DNA of 64,000 nt from Takakia lepidozioides (taxonomy: Eukaryota; Plantae; Bryophyta). A model generated the notes under the pieces. It saw only the letters and a list, made by a program, of their open reading frames with translations. It did no database searches and had not been told where the DNA came from. Location: NCBI GenBank assembly GCA_030704615.1, contig CM060733.1, positions 62,310,001 to 62,374,000 on the forward strand. The letters are read 5' to 3'. The position numbers and the translations under genes were made by a program. Position 1 is the stretch's first letter. Every line of letters starts with the position of its first letter. Shown here one piece after another: positions 37,005 through 51,400 of the stretch.

Positions 37005-38914
37005 TCAGCTCCCCACAACCGCCAGAACCAGTACCACCACCAATATCTCACATCTCAGAGGACTTAATACATTGGTCCATAGGTTTGATGTCCTACTTGC
37101 CTCGCCGCCTCCTTTAGGCGATGATGATCTAGTCGCCCTACATGAAAATCTCAATGTTTTGTCACATGAAAATTCTGAGGATCGATCTGCCCCACATGAA
37201 AATTTCATTCCTTCATTTGGCTCTGGTCCCTGCAAGTCATGACTGTCTAAACCACATCCTTTGGATGCACCAACAAACCTGACATTAGCATTTATAGTTG
37301 CACACTCTCTTGAATCAAGTCGATCGAGGTTTTCTATAGCCTCCTGATCCAAGGGTAGATTGTCATTCTCACTCTCAAGTGAATGTTTGCCGCAAAGTTC
37401 AGAGTGTGACAAGCCTTCTCTTCCATTGAGGGATTCTACCGTGGTGATACGTGGAACTACACGCTCGAGCCCCGAGCAATATCCGGAGAGATTGAACGCA
37501 TGAGAAGCTCATGATCAATATTGGAAGCCAATTTTAGTTGATTTTCGGTTTTTTATTGCAAACAATGTTTGTTCATGTTTCCACTGTAGTTCACGCAATT
37601 CTTGTTGTTGTCTCAATGCTAAGAGCTTCAGCTCATAAGTCACCGCTTCATCCTCTTGATCATCACACGCCTCTGATAAGTTAATTTTGTCATGGTTGAT
37701 TGTTTCAAAAAATATTTTTTCCCTTGTCACACCATTCCAACTTTCATGACTAAATTTAGTAGTTCCTCTTTTCCTCCTCATTTCTACAAGCTCGTTGAAG
37801 ACACTTTTCTCACTTTGACCAGACTCAGAAAGATCAGAATCCTTTAGACCACTCATAAAAGCTTGATGGGCAGGTGAATCACTCTGTGACATATCAGACT
37901 TAGGTGTGCTGGGTCCTTCACCTAAATCCCACTCATCAGGTGCCTCTGAAGAATCACTCGAAAACACTGGGGGACCATCTGATCCGCTCGTAATAATCAT
38001 ACAAACCATAACATGTTAAAAAAATGTTGAATGAACAAAAATGGATAATTAATAGCATGTGCTCCAAAGATGGTTTTCTTTCCAAGTTACATAGTTATTT
38101 CTTTTATCGTTTTACCAAGTAATTAACTAATCCTTAGCATCTAAACTTAACTACCCCTATTGTTGAAACAACGAATGCATAGAAGAAATTAACCATCATT
38201 CAGTAGCTCAGTTGGATAGTGCACTGATTGCCACCCTGCCACCCAGGTGATTATGGGTTCAAATCCTACTACCTACTCGGGGGTCATATAATCTTCTCCC
38301 CCTTCCCCTCATGGCAAGGTTCTTTTCTCCTCGCACTATAATTAAGGGCCCTATTGTGAGTAGTTGCTCCTGGATGTTTCCCTTAAAAACAAGATAAAAA
38401 TATTTATTAAAAAAAAAGGATACACAGTCTTAAAGGCTCCCTTGCCTAATACATCAGCGTACTGCACACAATATGTCCAATCTAACAAAAGTGAGAAAAG
38501 TATCCATGAATTGTTCAAGCAAAATGAGTACATATGTTGGAGACGTGATACACATGACTAGCATTATAATGATGATCTAGCCTTATAATGATGATCTAGC
38601 CAGTGTTTTACTATTTTATTTTTAATGAAAAATACATGATTTATTAAACCTCCTATCTTTCAGTCCATATGACATTTACGCTACACCATTTTATGTGGCG
38701 ATTCCAAGACAATTGAAACAAACAAATAAGTTAGTATAGGTCTTTATTGAATTATGCTATAGAGAGATACGGAGAGAGAGTTCACGCAATTACTTACCCG
38801 ACCATATCGACCCGTTGGATCAACTTCAACAAACTCTGAATCTTCATCGCCATCTTTGTTACTAGGAAGATCTACATTGTTACTTGTATCACAATCTGAT
38901 TTGTTCTCAGGCAT
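37005..38914 (-). pseudogene. WNK: WNK kinase gene lacking nearly all of the kinase domain
   Basis: Exon 38914-38798 M...FVEVDPTGRYGR. Exon 38461-38424 YADVLGKGAFKTV, followed by U12 donor GTATCCTT. Then only C-terminal-like sequence with coiled coil (ELKLLALRQQQELRELQWKHEQ) at 37515-37990. Confidence 0.75.
38195..38400 (+). mobile_element. tRNA-derived SINE-like element in WNK intron
   Basis: Box A TAGCTCAGTTGG, box B GGTTCAAATCC and an A-rich tail. No clean cloverleaf. Confidence 0.5.
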
Positions 38915-39949
38915 TTTGTGTTAATATAATACCCACCTACACGTGACAGCTTAAAAGCCTGCAGAATACCCATCAAACTGAGGAAATTACCGTGCCTATG
39001 TCAAAGATGATCGAGCTATAAACATTATACTGTACATAAATATCATTTTAATGGTTTGTCCTTGATCAGTATAATACTCGTGCTTCCCCCTCGATCTATT
39101 TTACTGGCATATATAACTGATGTCCCTTGGTTCCAAATGCAAGATGATAACAAATAAGTGTCATGTGCTCAGCTATGTACCCTTGATATCCACACATAAA
39201 GTTTTTAGTGAAATTAATAAGACAATTGAGTATGAGATGTCCTAACATTTGAAAGGATCAAAATCATAAACCGTTAGAATAGGGGGAAAAAAATGTTCCT
39301 AACCCTTGCAGGTTCTCACCATGAACTCACAAACATATTCACCCATTGAGGCATGGTAACATTGACTAGATGAAACTAACTCTTGTCAAAGAGTTTGGAA
39401 TCTTGTAGGTGGCACGGTCTACTAGAACTAGGTATGTGTGCATAAGAGGTACAAGAGCAGCAAAAGAATGGGAGATAAAACATATTGCCATATTCCTAGG
39501 TCAGAATAGTCTGGCTGGAAATACCAAAACCAGCAAAAAAATTTGAAATTTTTTATCTAAATTTTCAAACATGTAGAAATATGTTTTTACATCATCTCAA
39601 AAAAAAGAAGAAGATAGTAGGGTCATTTTTTAAAGAATTAAGTTTTTTCTACCCATTCATAAGCTTTTCATTGGAATCTAGGGGTATGATGAATTATGTG
39701 CAGTAAAAAATTTGACGTATTTGTAAGAACTATTGTTTAGTATTTAGCTTTCAAATTTCTTTACACTTCCAAAGTGGGCACTTATTTGTCCAAATGATTT
39801 ATTTAGAATTAATATACTTTCAACCAAAATATTCTATGAGGGTAGATATTGCGGATAAGTCTTAAAAGCTTATAATATTAAAGCACAACAAATAAATCCA
39901 ACAAAACACAACAAACAAGATATGTATTTTTACGAAGAAATTTAGTTTG

Positions 39950-40235
39950 GGGAGATTCAATAGATGGAATGTTAATGTAAAGCCTATTTATAAAAGTCAG
40001 CCTTGAAATTTTGATTATTAACCAACTTTTTAACCTATCTGTAAGTACATGATTATAAGAAACAAGTTATTAGGACGACAAATACATACCTGTTCTCAGG
40101 AGATTCAGTAGATGGAATGTTATGTAAAGCCTATTTATAAAAGTCAGCCTTTATGTTTTGATTATAAACCTAACTATTTTAACCTATCTGTAAGTACATG
40201 ATTATAAGAAACAAGTTATTTAAGACAACAAATAC
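39950..40235. repeat. ~148-bp tandem duplication at LINE 5' flank
   Basis: GATGGAATG...AAGCCTATTTATAAAAGTCAGCC...AACAAGTTATT occurs twice. Confidence 0.75.
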
Positions 40236-43200
40236 AGGACATTGGCGACGCTGGAGAAAAGGAGCTCCGTGTTTTGCGGTGAGAGGAGGCTCGCTCAATG
40301 GATACCCTCGTCCCCGATTGTTCTTAAGTATCTGCAAATGTTTGAAGGATTCAGGCTCAGCCTCCTTCAAACTAGATTACCCTTCGCACCATCTCTCGGA
40401 CGATCCTTCAAAACCATGTCTCGTCTTTTTCTGTCAAGAGATCGCTTTCCAATGAACTTCCCTCGCGCGATCTGTTGATGAAGGTCTCCTTCATCCCCTA
40501 GGACTAACACTGCAACCTTTCGCTTGACAGCGACCTCAGGTCAGGCCTCCTTTACTCCGGCCGCCTTGGAATGAATCATCCCTCCTCCACCCCTCTCACA
40601 TTGCCACATATCCCCAAATCAGCGGTCTATCCAGCTGGTCTCATCTTTTCCCCATCAATGGCAGTTGGCTATGCGTGAGAAATCATCCCCCCAGCCGCCT
40701 CCCACAAGCCCCCCCCCCCGGTCACCTTTCGCCTCCCGCTCCTGTCTGCTTTCGCTTCTCGTTGATGCTCGTCTCCCTGTGTCCTTGCATCACCGCCTTC
40801 AATCCTGGGACCAGCTCGATTTCTATTTTTATTTTGCATTGGTGTGTGCTCGCTGATTTCTAGCTCCGCGCTCTTCTCCGCTTATTCTGATCTTTGCCCT
40901 CCCAATATCTTGGTTCCCCTTCAGTCCCTTCTCTCTCACTCTTCCTAGCTGCCTGGTTTGGTTTTTTAGGTTCCTCTTCTCCTTTCCTCGTGCAACTACC
41001 CCTCTAGCCTGTTGTTTCTTCTTGCTTTTCTCTTTCTTGGCCAATTATGGCTCCTCAGCATCCCGCCACCCCAACAGATCAGCGGCTGGAATGGCGCGCA
41101 ACTCATCTATTCCGACCACTGGCACTGGCTATTTCCAGGCGCATTGTGCGCTGGCTCTTGATCATGGTGCTAATGGACCAGCCCGCCCTGCGCATCATCG
41201 TCCCTCGACCCCCCTGATCCCTCCATCCCTGCAGCCCTCGCCTCCACGAACTTCCCTGAACGCCACAGGCTTCGCAGGTATCAGTCACTTGAACACCCCT
41301 CCCCCACTGCGACCGGATGAGGAATTACCTGGAAATATGGAAGAAATCTCTGACCTCTAGTATGCCATGAACAAACCGCATCCCTCCCTCGGATTGAATG
41401 TGAAAACACTCAATTCTACAGTGGCAGATATTCAAGAGAAGGGCGTTCTCCTCCATTTCCCTGGCAGAAAAGTGAGCAGGGATGAGGCAAGAGATTGGGC
41501 TGTGCGACATCTGGGAGGGTCTGGCGATTTGAAGCACCACTTTTGTCACACTAGAGGGAGGGGCTTCTTTTTTGTTTTGCTTGAATCCAAAGAGGCGGCA
41601 GACAAGGCCCTCTCATTTAACCCCCACTTGACCGGATTCAATGTTAACATCTTCCCTTGGTCGCGGGCTATGGGGAATAAAAATGGCAAGGTGTGGAGTC
41701 CTAGGATTATTGCATTGCCTTATATTCCAGATCAACAACTCTTCTTTCTCCCAGAGATTGGTCCGTGCACATACCAGGCTTAAAAACTGCCAAGCAACCA
41801 AGATAAACCCCAAGGAAAGACAATCTAAAGAATGATCTTTCTTGGAGGGGGGGCTACCATTTCGTCCAAGGCACATGAATCAGGCTTTGCAAAGATTGTG
41901 GTTATGATGCCTGAGCATGAAGTTATTCCTCAATTTATTCGTCTCCCAATCGATGAGGAGGGAAATTTCTTTTCTGTCAAATTATCCGAGGACTCGGCCT
42001 CAATGACTTGCTATTGCTGCGGGTCACCTAAAGGCTGGATGTCCTAAATCAAAAAAGAAGAGGGCTCGTCGTTCTCCGGAGAAAGGCTCTCCCACCGCTC
42101 TCCCACACATCTTCATCGGCCAACAGTCTCTGCTCCCTCTTATATGAGCCCGCCCAGTGACTCCAGGATGGCCAAGCACCCACGTCTCCATCAATTTCAA
42201 ACCCACCCTGAGTGGATCCCTTCTTCATCGGTGGGGGCCCAACCATGAGCTCTCCCCAGGCAATCAATCAATCTGGACCCCATGGTGTTGGAAGCATGCA
42301 AGGGTCCCTACTCTTTGATTGTCGTCAACAATGGTGACTCTTCTCTGAATGCAAGGTCTACTCAAGGTTACCAGCCCTCGATCACTTCAAAACCCAGAGA
42401 TCTGTCTAGAATTTCCCCGCCACCCTCTAGGCCCTCCCTTCCTTTGTCTGTTTCCTCTCTCATTGCATACAATCCTATAGTGGCCAGGGTAGACCTGTAC
42501 CAAAATTCAGTCTTTCCCTACGCTGGCCCTCCGGGGTTGTTCGCAGGTGATCTCTCCCTCTCATCCAAAATCTATCTGCCTTACCCCGCTCATCTATCGT
42601 AGAGCCCCCTCCCCCTCTTTCCTTCTCACATCCAACAATGGTGCAAACATTGAATCCCTTTGGATTTCTAATCGCGACATCTCTCTCTTCATGGATCAGA
42701 TCCCAAGGGACGGCAGCCCCATCCCAGCCCTCAAGACCAAGATCAATCTCTATCTGCTCTCCAATCATCCCCATCTCTCTTTCTCGCCCAATGTGCAAAT
42801 TACCTGGGGGTCCTGTGTCGAACGTAATCCCACTCTGGGGATAAACCTCTCCCCCACCACTCAGATTCTACTCTCATGGACATGGAGGATCTACTCATCG
42901 ACGGCTCTATCCCCGAAGGCTCATGGATGCAACCAGCCCCTTTCAATCAGCCTCCCACCTTCCTCAACAGATCCAAGGACACCTTGCACAATGCCTTCAC
43001 TATTCTGCATGCTCTGCTGGAATCAGAAGTCCACGAGCATAACGAATGGATCGACTCTCACCGCACTTTAGGCAGACCCTGGCCTATTATTGATCATGCG
43101 GGGACTGACTCTAATAGTTCTGAAGACCTCCAAGAATTACAGCCCCGCTCCCGGCAGCCACCGGTCGGCCCTCAACTGGATGGGGAGGCATCTATTTCAA

Positions 43201-46200
43201 CAATCCCCGACGGTGTGGAGTCGCCCCAATTCCCAACACCAACACCGGCCTGTAGCCCAATGGAGTTCAATCTCCCCAGCTCCCAACGCCAACGCCGGTC
43301 GGATCCCCGGTCAGACCTATCTCTCTCAATTTCATGGTAAGCCAGACCACCATCACTATCCCCTTTCTTATTTTCCATCCCTCTCCCACTAATCCTAACA
43401 GGGGAAATATTCTTTGTCTCAAATCTAGATACCCTGTCCCCCGCACTTGAAAGGTCCTTCCCTCTATTTCCTTCTCTCTCAGATGGGGACTTCTCCATGT
43501 ACTTTGGCTCAGCCTCTGGCCCTCTACCCTGCAATACACCCACATCCCTGAAACTCATTCTCCTTTCTGACTTCTTCATGCAACTCTCAGGGAGACCCAA
43601 AGTATTCACAACAAATGGATGCCATGTTCTAGATTCCAGCCTCTTCCGGGTGATGACAATTTTTACCTAAACAACAAAGCCACTCTCCTAATGACGATTG
43701 AGTTTTCTAGTTCGGTTGATGAAGCCCCCGATGACCACTGTTGGCTTCCCTCACTGTTGCCCTCCGACAAGAGAACTAAATTCCACTTTCTCTCCGACAG
43801 GCCATCATTTGAGTCCTCCCCGCTCAGCCTGAATCACCCTCATGATGCATGTTAGCATTTCTTCTTGGAATATAAGGGGAATCGGCTCTGACCAGACCGC
43901 CCTCAAGAAAATCAAACTAAGGTCTTGGCTAGCACCCCTTATCCCCTCGGAAGCGATTGTCTTCCTGCAGGAACACAAGCTCAACCCCCACAAAATTCAA
44001 AACCTTTTTGACAACCTCTGGCCTCTTGCTTCAGCTCTCTGGAAACCCTCCTACAAGGGCTCAAAGGGAGGCACAATGATTCTTCTCTCCCCCTCCCTCT
44101 TGCAATTCCTGGTTAAAGAAGAAGTTTGGGAGCTGGGGAGAGTGCAATTCTGCTCTCTCCACCTCCCATCCGACCCGGAACCCCTTGGTTTGCTCAACAT
44201 CTATGCCCCTAATTCAATGCCTGATCGTTTGGCCCTCTGGGACTTGATCAATGCCCAGATGGCCGCTGAACAGTCCATTGGTAACTGGCTCCTAGCTGGT
44301 GATTTCAACATGGTGGAGTCTGACATGGACAGGAGAGGGTCTGCAACTTCTTCCCTCCATGTTGATGAAGAAGCCTCCTGGCTGTCTCTCGTCCAAACAC
44401 ATAGCCTCACAGAGATAGATCCCCCGGCTCCTCATCTTGGTCGCAATCCCCATTTCACTTGGACCAACAATAGAGACCTTCAAAACCTTTCTATGGCTCG
44501 CCTTAACAGATTCTACTTTTCTATGTCCATTGCTAACAACGCTTCCCTTCTGCCTCAGCAGTACATAGCTCTGGGCTTCGACCATGCCTTAATTGAGGCC
44601 TCTCTCTCCTTCCCAAATGCCCAACGCCGTGGGAGAGGCATCTACAAGCTCAACATCTCTCTCCTTCAAAATGTCTCTTTCGTCCTCAATCTGCAGGAGC
44701 ACTGGTTCTCGTATGGGAACCATCTGCAATGCCCCATTTTGAAATTCCAATTCAAACTGGCGGCCTCTTGCAAGCTAAGTCAAACCCTAAGTAAAGAGAT
44801 CGCGGTTTCCCGTAAGAAAAAAGTCTTGGCCTTGCAAAAATGTTTGCGGATTTGTCAATCAAAGATAGAGGCTAGATCCTGTGATGACCATACCTTCCAA
44901 ACCTACCTCGAGGCTCGTGCTAACCTCGGCCTCTTTCATGAGCAAAATGAACTAAGGATGAAAATGCAAGCTGGGATTAACTGGTCTGCCAAAGGAGAGA
45001 AAATGTCTAAGTATTTCTTCCAGAAGATTAAGCTTCGAAGAGCCATGCAATCTATCACTGAGCTGTATGTTGATCAAGCAGGCAATAAATCATCTAATCC
45101 CAGAGCGCTATGTGCCATGGCCTTTGGCCACTTCAGCTCCCTCTTCCAGGCAGACCAGCTGGGCCCAGATTATTCGACCCTACTAGACTCTTGCCTCCGT
45201 TCAACCCCGAATAGACTGTCGGCTGAGGGAGGTATGGCCTTGTCTGGGGTCTTCACACCCATGGAATTGGAAGATGCCCTTCATCAGATGAGTAATGGGA
45301 AGACCCCAGATTTAGATGGTATGCCAGTTGAGTACTTCAAGGCTATGTGGCCACAAATTGCAGCGGACTTTTGCGAAATGGGCCAATGAGATCAAACGGC
45401 AGGGTGCAATGCCTGGACAAATGTCTCAGGGGTACCCTGCTCCACAAGAAAGGAGACAAAGCTGACATTGGAAACTATAGACCCATTACTCTGCTCAATG
45501 TCGCTTACAAAATCATTGCCAAGGCTCTAGCCCTCCGCCTCTAACCCCTTCTCCCCTCTCTCATCCGAACAAGCCAGGCTGGTTTTATCAAAGGTAGATA
45601 CATTCTCGACAACGTCTTGCTGGCTCAAGAGGCCAACTCGTATGCCCTGGCAACTAACCAAGCATTGGCACTATGGCTCTTGGATTTTGAGAAGGCGTTC
45701 GACAAAGTAGGGTGGGATTTCCTAATTGCAGTTCTTAAAAAAACAGGCTTGCCCCATAACTTTTGCCACCGGGTTAACATCCTTCTTCGGGGCTCTACCA
45801 GTAGGGTCATCATCAATGGCCACCTCTCAAAGCCTTTTCAACTGCAAAGATCGGTAAGGCAAGGATGCCCTCTGGCCCCCTTCCTCTTCCTCTTTGTAGC
45901 AGACACCTTGGGTTACATGCTAGATGACAACTTCATGGTAAGGGGCCTTCAGCTCCGGAATCCAAAAACTCAACTCTGGCTACAAATCAAGGACTCTATG
46001 TTTGTGGATGACACCTTCCTGCTACTTCAGGCGGAACCTTCCACTCTTACAGTTGCTGAGAGCACTCTTAAGAAATTTTGTAGAGTCTCTAGCTTCCGGG
46101 TTAACTGGAGAAAGACCAAAGCCTTGCTAATAGGTGACCCATCTATGTCTTCTATTGGGATCAACCCCAACTGGGGAGTAGACCAAGGTATGGCCTGGCT

Positions 46201-48470
46201 TAAAGCAGGAGAACCTACCACACTGTTGGGTCACATCTTTGGCCTGGACCTCACCGAGGAGCAGAGAATGGGGCCCATTCTAGCCAGGCTCAAGAAGGAG
46301 CTAGCGTTCTGGGGCTCTAAGTTCCTCTCCATCACCGGAAGAGCTCTGGCTACCAACCAGGTTCTGCTTGCTGGGATCTGGTATTTTGCCTCCACTTGGA
46401 GTCCGGGCTCGAAGTTCATGAAGGAGATGAAGAGATGTATCATAAAATTTATCTGGGGAGCCCATTCAGACCTTCAAAACAAACGCCCACAAGTTTCGTG
46501 ATATCAGATATGCCTCCCTAAAAAATCAGGTGGGCTAGGACTACTAGATCCAGAAACGTAGATTCGGACCCTCTTAGGCAAGTGGCTGCCAAGACTGTTG
46601 GGGCCCGAAGGAGGCTGGTGGAAATTGCTTGTAATAGGAACTATTGCCTTGTGCTCCCCTCTTCAAGGAGCGAATTGGACCCCCTCTATCCGCTGGATCA
46701 CTCAGGGATTTAATCACAAATCCCTGGGCTCTTTGCTCTGGAAATCAATTTGGTCTGCCTGGGGTAAATTCAGACCCTTTCTCAGGAAGCAAGAACGTCC
46801 TTCGTCTTTTCATGAGGTTCAAAGGCAGCACCTCTTCCTTAACTCAGCCATGCCCACCCCTTAGGAGAAGTGCCAGGCCAGAAGATGGGCCTCTTGGGAG
46901 ACTAGAGGCATCTCCCAGATCTCCCACCTCTGGACTAGCACCCCAGAGTCTCTTACTACAGTTCTGGGTGCCAAAGCTCTGGCATACACCCCATCCTGCA
47001 ATCTGTTCCAAACCATTGGCGTGACATCCTCAGGCTTGGGGAAGGGTCTCCTTCACCACACCAGTGGGTGGCTACTCCCTCCCTGGCCTCTAATATCCTC
47101 TATATTACGGAGGTGCACTTGCCAACAATTACAGGGTATGCGTTTGGGGCAGATTTGTTCTCAGGCTTCCTTTCCCTGCTCTCCTCAGAGACTGTTACCA
47201 TCCATGCCAGACAAGTTGCTCCTGCACGGATATGCCATTGGTCCTCTAAATTCAAAGACTTCAACCCCTCCCTCGCGGCAGGGGAGACCATTCTCCCATG
47301 GTTGAGATGTAACTCTTTTGCTTGGATTGGCAGCTTGCCTCTCGAGCAGCTCCAGCAAGACGTGGCAATGGGAATTTGAAGGCTCTCTACAGTCTTTATT
47401 TACTTATTCTGCCAAGAAAGCTTACAGGGCTCTACTTCAACCCAAACCCTTGCTCAAGAAATGGAATGACAAGTGGGACCATTATCTTTTTAGGGACGAA
47501 AACTGGATGTGCATCTAGGGCCTAATTTGGGAGAAAGCTAAACCATCCAAAATTAGCGCTTTCTTATGGCAGATTGCGAACAGGGTCCTAAAGGTCAGGC
47601 TATTCTTGGCAAGGGAATTCCTTATGTGGATGCTGCACTACACCCACTGTGGAAAAACTATGGAACATTGCCTCTTACAATGTGTGGGCCCCTTGGCCAT
47701 TTGACCACTGGCCCTATACTTCTACTCTGCATGGGAGTGTATTGCCCCAGACCCAATAGTTCTCCTTCTGAACTATAAGAAAATAGGAAAGACTAGGGCG
47801 ATTGGATGTCCAGTTTTTGAGGTCCTCCGCTCGGCCACCCTATGGCATATTTGGAAAGCCAGATGCAGTTGGGTATTGGACAATCAAAACTCATCTCTGT
47901 CAAAGATCCTCACTCTGGTCTTCAATGACCTTACCATTGCTGCTAAACTTGCTTGGGCAAAATTGGGTGCAGAGTACAATAAGCGCCCAGAACGTGGTCC
48001 TGCACTCCTCACCTCCTTCAGGCGCACTTGGGGTAATCGGGGGCTCATCTGCTCCTGCATCGACATCGACACCTGTTTATGGGCAAGCACTATTCCCCAT
48101 ATCTGGCAGCAGCGAAGAGCCCCCCTCTTCAGCCTCCCCTGACTTTGAAAGATCAGATTGAAACTACAAACTGTTAAGTCCAAGCTTCATTTTCACCGGT
48201 AGATAGATGGGCTTCTCACTGGTTTCTAGTTGGCCACTGTGCCCTGCACCTATACCTGGCTCCCCCTAATCTAGGGTTATTCGAGGGCATCCCCCTCCAT
48301 CGCTCGATGCTTATTGTAATTCTACTTGGATAGAGGAGGTCGACTGTCTCAGGTTCACGACTTGTCGTGTGATAGGCCTCATGGCAGCCTTTGGGTTTAA
48401 TTTTTTCCCTTCAAATAATTCCAAATAAAGTGGTCAGGGCCGTTACCCCTGTTTATCTAAATTAAAAAAA
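40236..48470 (+). mobile_element. Near full-length decayed L1-clade LINE
   Basis: ORF1 remnants from 41367 (RGRGFFFV, Cys knuckle), ORF2, AATAAA at ~48424 and an A-tract. 5' boundary approximate; no TSD found. Confidence 0.85.
43845..48142 (+). pseudogene. LINE ORF2: APE endonuclease, reverse transcriptase, C-terminal Cys motif
   Basis: SWNIRG, LQEHK, NIYAP, GDFN and FDH; RPITLLN, LDFEKAFDKV, RQGCPLAP and FVDD. Multiple stops and frameshifts. Confidence 0.92.
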
Positions 48471-51400
48471 CAAAACAAAACCAGATATGTTCAAATTATT
48501 GATTGAATGTGGAGGATCAATTTGTTTAGTTTCTATAGATAAAATATATTATCTTAACTACATATTTTGTATGATCAATCTACATGTCAAGTCTCAAGGA
48601 AAATAATATCATTAAGTATTTTATTTTTATTTTTTAAAGGTTTAATTTTACATCTACAAAATTTATCTGGAAATTAAAGAAATAATAATTTAGACTTGTA
48701 TAAATAATATAAACTATCACTGGTAGTTCCAATGAATATTTCTAGTATTGAAGGGCTTAGAATTATGAAAATATAGTGATTAGGTTTAATTCATCAATAT
48801 TCTACGATGATTTTAGTTTTGTAAAGAACCAGGAACTCCACTTGATGGGACTCATGATGGGAATGGATATGCAATATTTATTTGAGTGCATACTTGGGCT
48901 TTGTATGCAACATGAATATTGTAGGATTTGATCAAGTTAAGTATTCAGAATGACTAGAATAATGGTGATACAGAAATATAGAGAAATTGCAAACTTGGAC
49001 CCCTGTTGATGGTAAGGATAAAGTAGATTTTCCATCGAGATACCCTCTAGGTTTTGAGATTATATTGTAGATCTAGTGGAAACACTGATATATAAACTAC
49101 TTTCAAAGTCCAACAGAAATTTGATGTCAAGTCACAACTTTTTGAACAAATGGAAACTACAAAGACTAATTTGAATGATTGAGCGACAGAACCGCGAATA
49201 AAAAATTCTGTATCGAGAAGTGTCATAGGCTGATCATTGGAAAGCATGCATGCACATGGAATGTTTATACACACCAAAATCATTATTGAAGATGAAAACC
49301 TCTAAAGTTTATTTGAGAATGTAATTTTGGGCTGAACATGCCGCAATCAAACAAAACCCTAATACTAAATGGATATCCTAATACTTTCCCATCAATGCCC
49401 AAGGGCACATCAAATACAAAAGAGAAATTGATAAAATGTAAATCTTGCTTCTCTATGTGAGCTTGATCCAAGAAGCGTGAAATATTGTACAACATTACAT
49501 ATTAATTCAACCTTTCAAATCATTTAAAAAATATATATATATGCATGTATGAGGGATGTGCCCAGTAATAGAAATCACCTTTCAACTTCAAGACGAGTTG
49601 CCCAAATAGTAGAATACACCGACGAACTTCAGGGTTTTATTGTTTATTTCTCTTGGTGTAAAAAGGGTATGCTACCGAATGCATGAGATCAAGGGAAAAA
49701 GAATTCTCTACATACGAATATATTTAATATATAAACTAGCTTTGTCGAGCTTCCACGCTCACATGAAAAAAGAGAGTAAAATATTGTTCCATACTGCAAA
49801 TTCATTGGACAAACATAAACAAAAAGACAAATCACAACAAAAGATTGGCATATCGTAGGCTAGCCACCCTAGCCATTTGTAGAAAGAAAAATAAAGTTAA
49901 ATAATTTTAACCTATTACAACCATGACAGGCTTTGTTAATCTAGCCATAGCCAATGTGTTATTTGTTGTTTCTTCTTGACATACCACAAAACTGAAATAC
50001 TTTTTCTGTTGTCTAATACTTATCTCTATATAAATGAGTTTGTAGGCTCTCTTAGAATAAAATGATGAAAGATCTCCTCATGGACACCTTGCTTGACCAA
50101 GTGAAAACCCATCAACACAACCATATTCACTCTTACTAAAGAAAAGCCTTACATCTACAAACAACAAAATTTTCTCTCAAAAGACCTAAAGATAGCAAGC
50201 CACGACCTAACCTAATAACATCACTGTTTATACATGATGACATTCATCCATTTTATTTTTTAATATAAATTTTATGTTTTGTTTTAAAAATGTATTGATT
50301 GATGGTTTAAAAATTAATTAATTATTATCTTGAGAGTTAATAACCTCTTCGTTACAAATAGGTGTATGGCTCACGTTGTAGATGAAATTATGATCTTGAT
50401 CCAGTACACAAAATTATAATTATCAAACAAAAATTGACGGCGAAAAAATTGAAGCTCCGCATTTTATGATGGATGAGTATATTGGAGAATGCGGGCTTAA
50501 TTTTTTTTAATAGTTTGGCTCTCCATGTCAGTTTTCTCAACTTCTTTTACTTTTCTGTAGTTAAGCATATAATCTTCTTTAGGTCTATACTTCCGTCTGT
50601 TCCTTACTTTGAAGAACCTTTCATTTTTGTACTGGTATGAATCTATATTTTCAAAAGTAGTGTAGTCTTCCACATCATTGACATCAATTGCTAACAATTT
50701 TTTGGCTCTTGCCAGCATCAATGTCCTTGATGTGAGCAACACTTCAAAAGTGCAATACACCTGCCAGTAATACTCAGAAACAAAGCAAAGATGAGAAAAC
50801 TGTAAAGCACCTATTGAGCACCTCTACCGACTTCACAGCTGTAATAATCAGAGGATGGTGGTCACACAGGTTCCTGTACCTATCAGAACCATACCTTCAA
50901 AGGATTGTCCGAAATCAAAGAACTGCTAAAGAAAATCAGAGAAAAAAACAATAGCAAGCTTGTGCAAATAGTTTGAAGAGCAAGCCAATCGACTAGAATT
51001 AGGGATCAGGGCTGCCTAAGATGATCATGTTCCCCATTCACCATGGAACAAGATGGGTTACTCAGTGATTACTTCCTTGCTACAAATGTAGAATCCAACA
51101 AATTGAACGAAAATGCGACCGAATTTTTTGTTTCGATCTGTTTTTACTTCCCCGGGGTCCTCTTTGTTAAGGAATGATCTGTTGGAAAAGTGGGCTTATG
51201 GATTGTACCAGCTAATCAGCTGTAAGCGCCATAGTCAAGATATTGTGAATGGAAGATATTATTTCAGCGCTTAACCCTATACCGCCATCGCCATTAGTTG
51301 TGCAAGTCCAGGACCAAATCTGCCCTTAAGGCATTTCATAACCAATATTGGTGGAAGATTCTCCCTCAGTAACTGGTGTATACCAGATTCACGAGGAAGT

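Noticed and set aside
38200-38275. tRNA gene (also 53230-53300)
   Set aside because: A/B boxes are present but there is no convincing acceptor stem or anticodon arm, and both have SINE-like tails.
50605-50760. Coding exon on minus strand
   Set aside because: Has plausible splice sites but no recognisable protein. It may be a 5' UTR exon of the WNK locus, which cannot be verified here.
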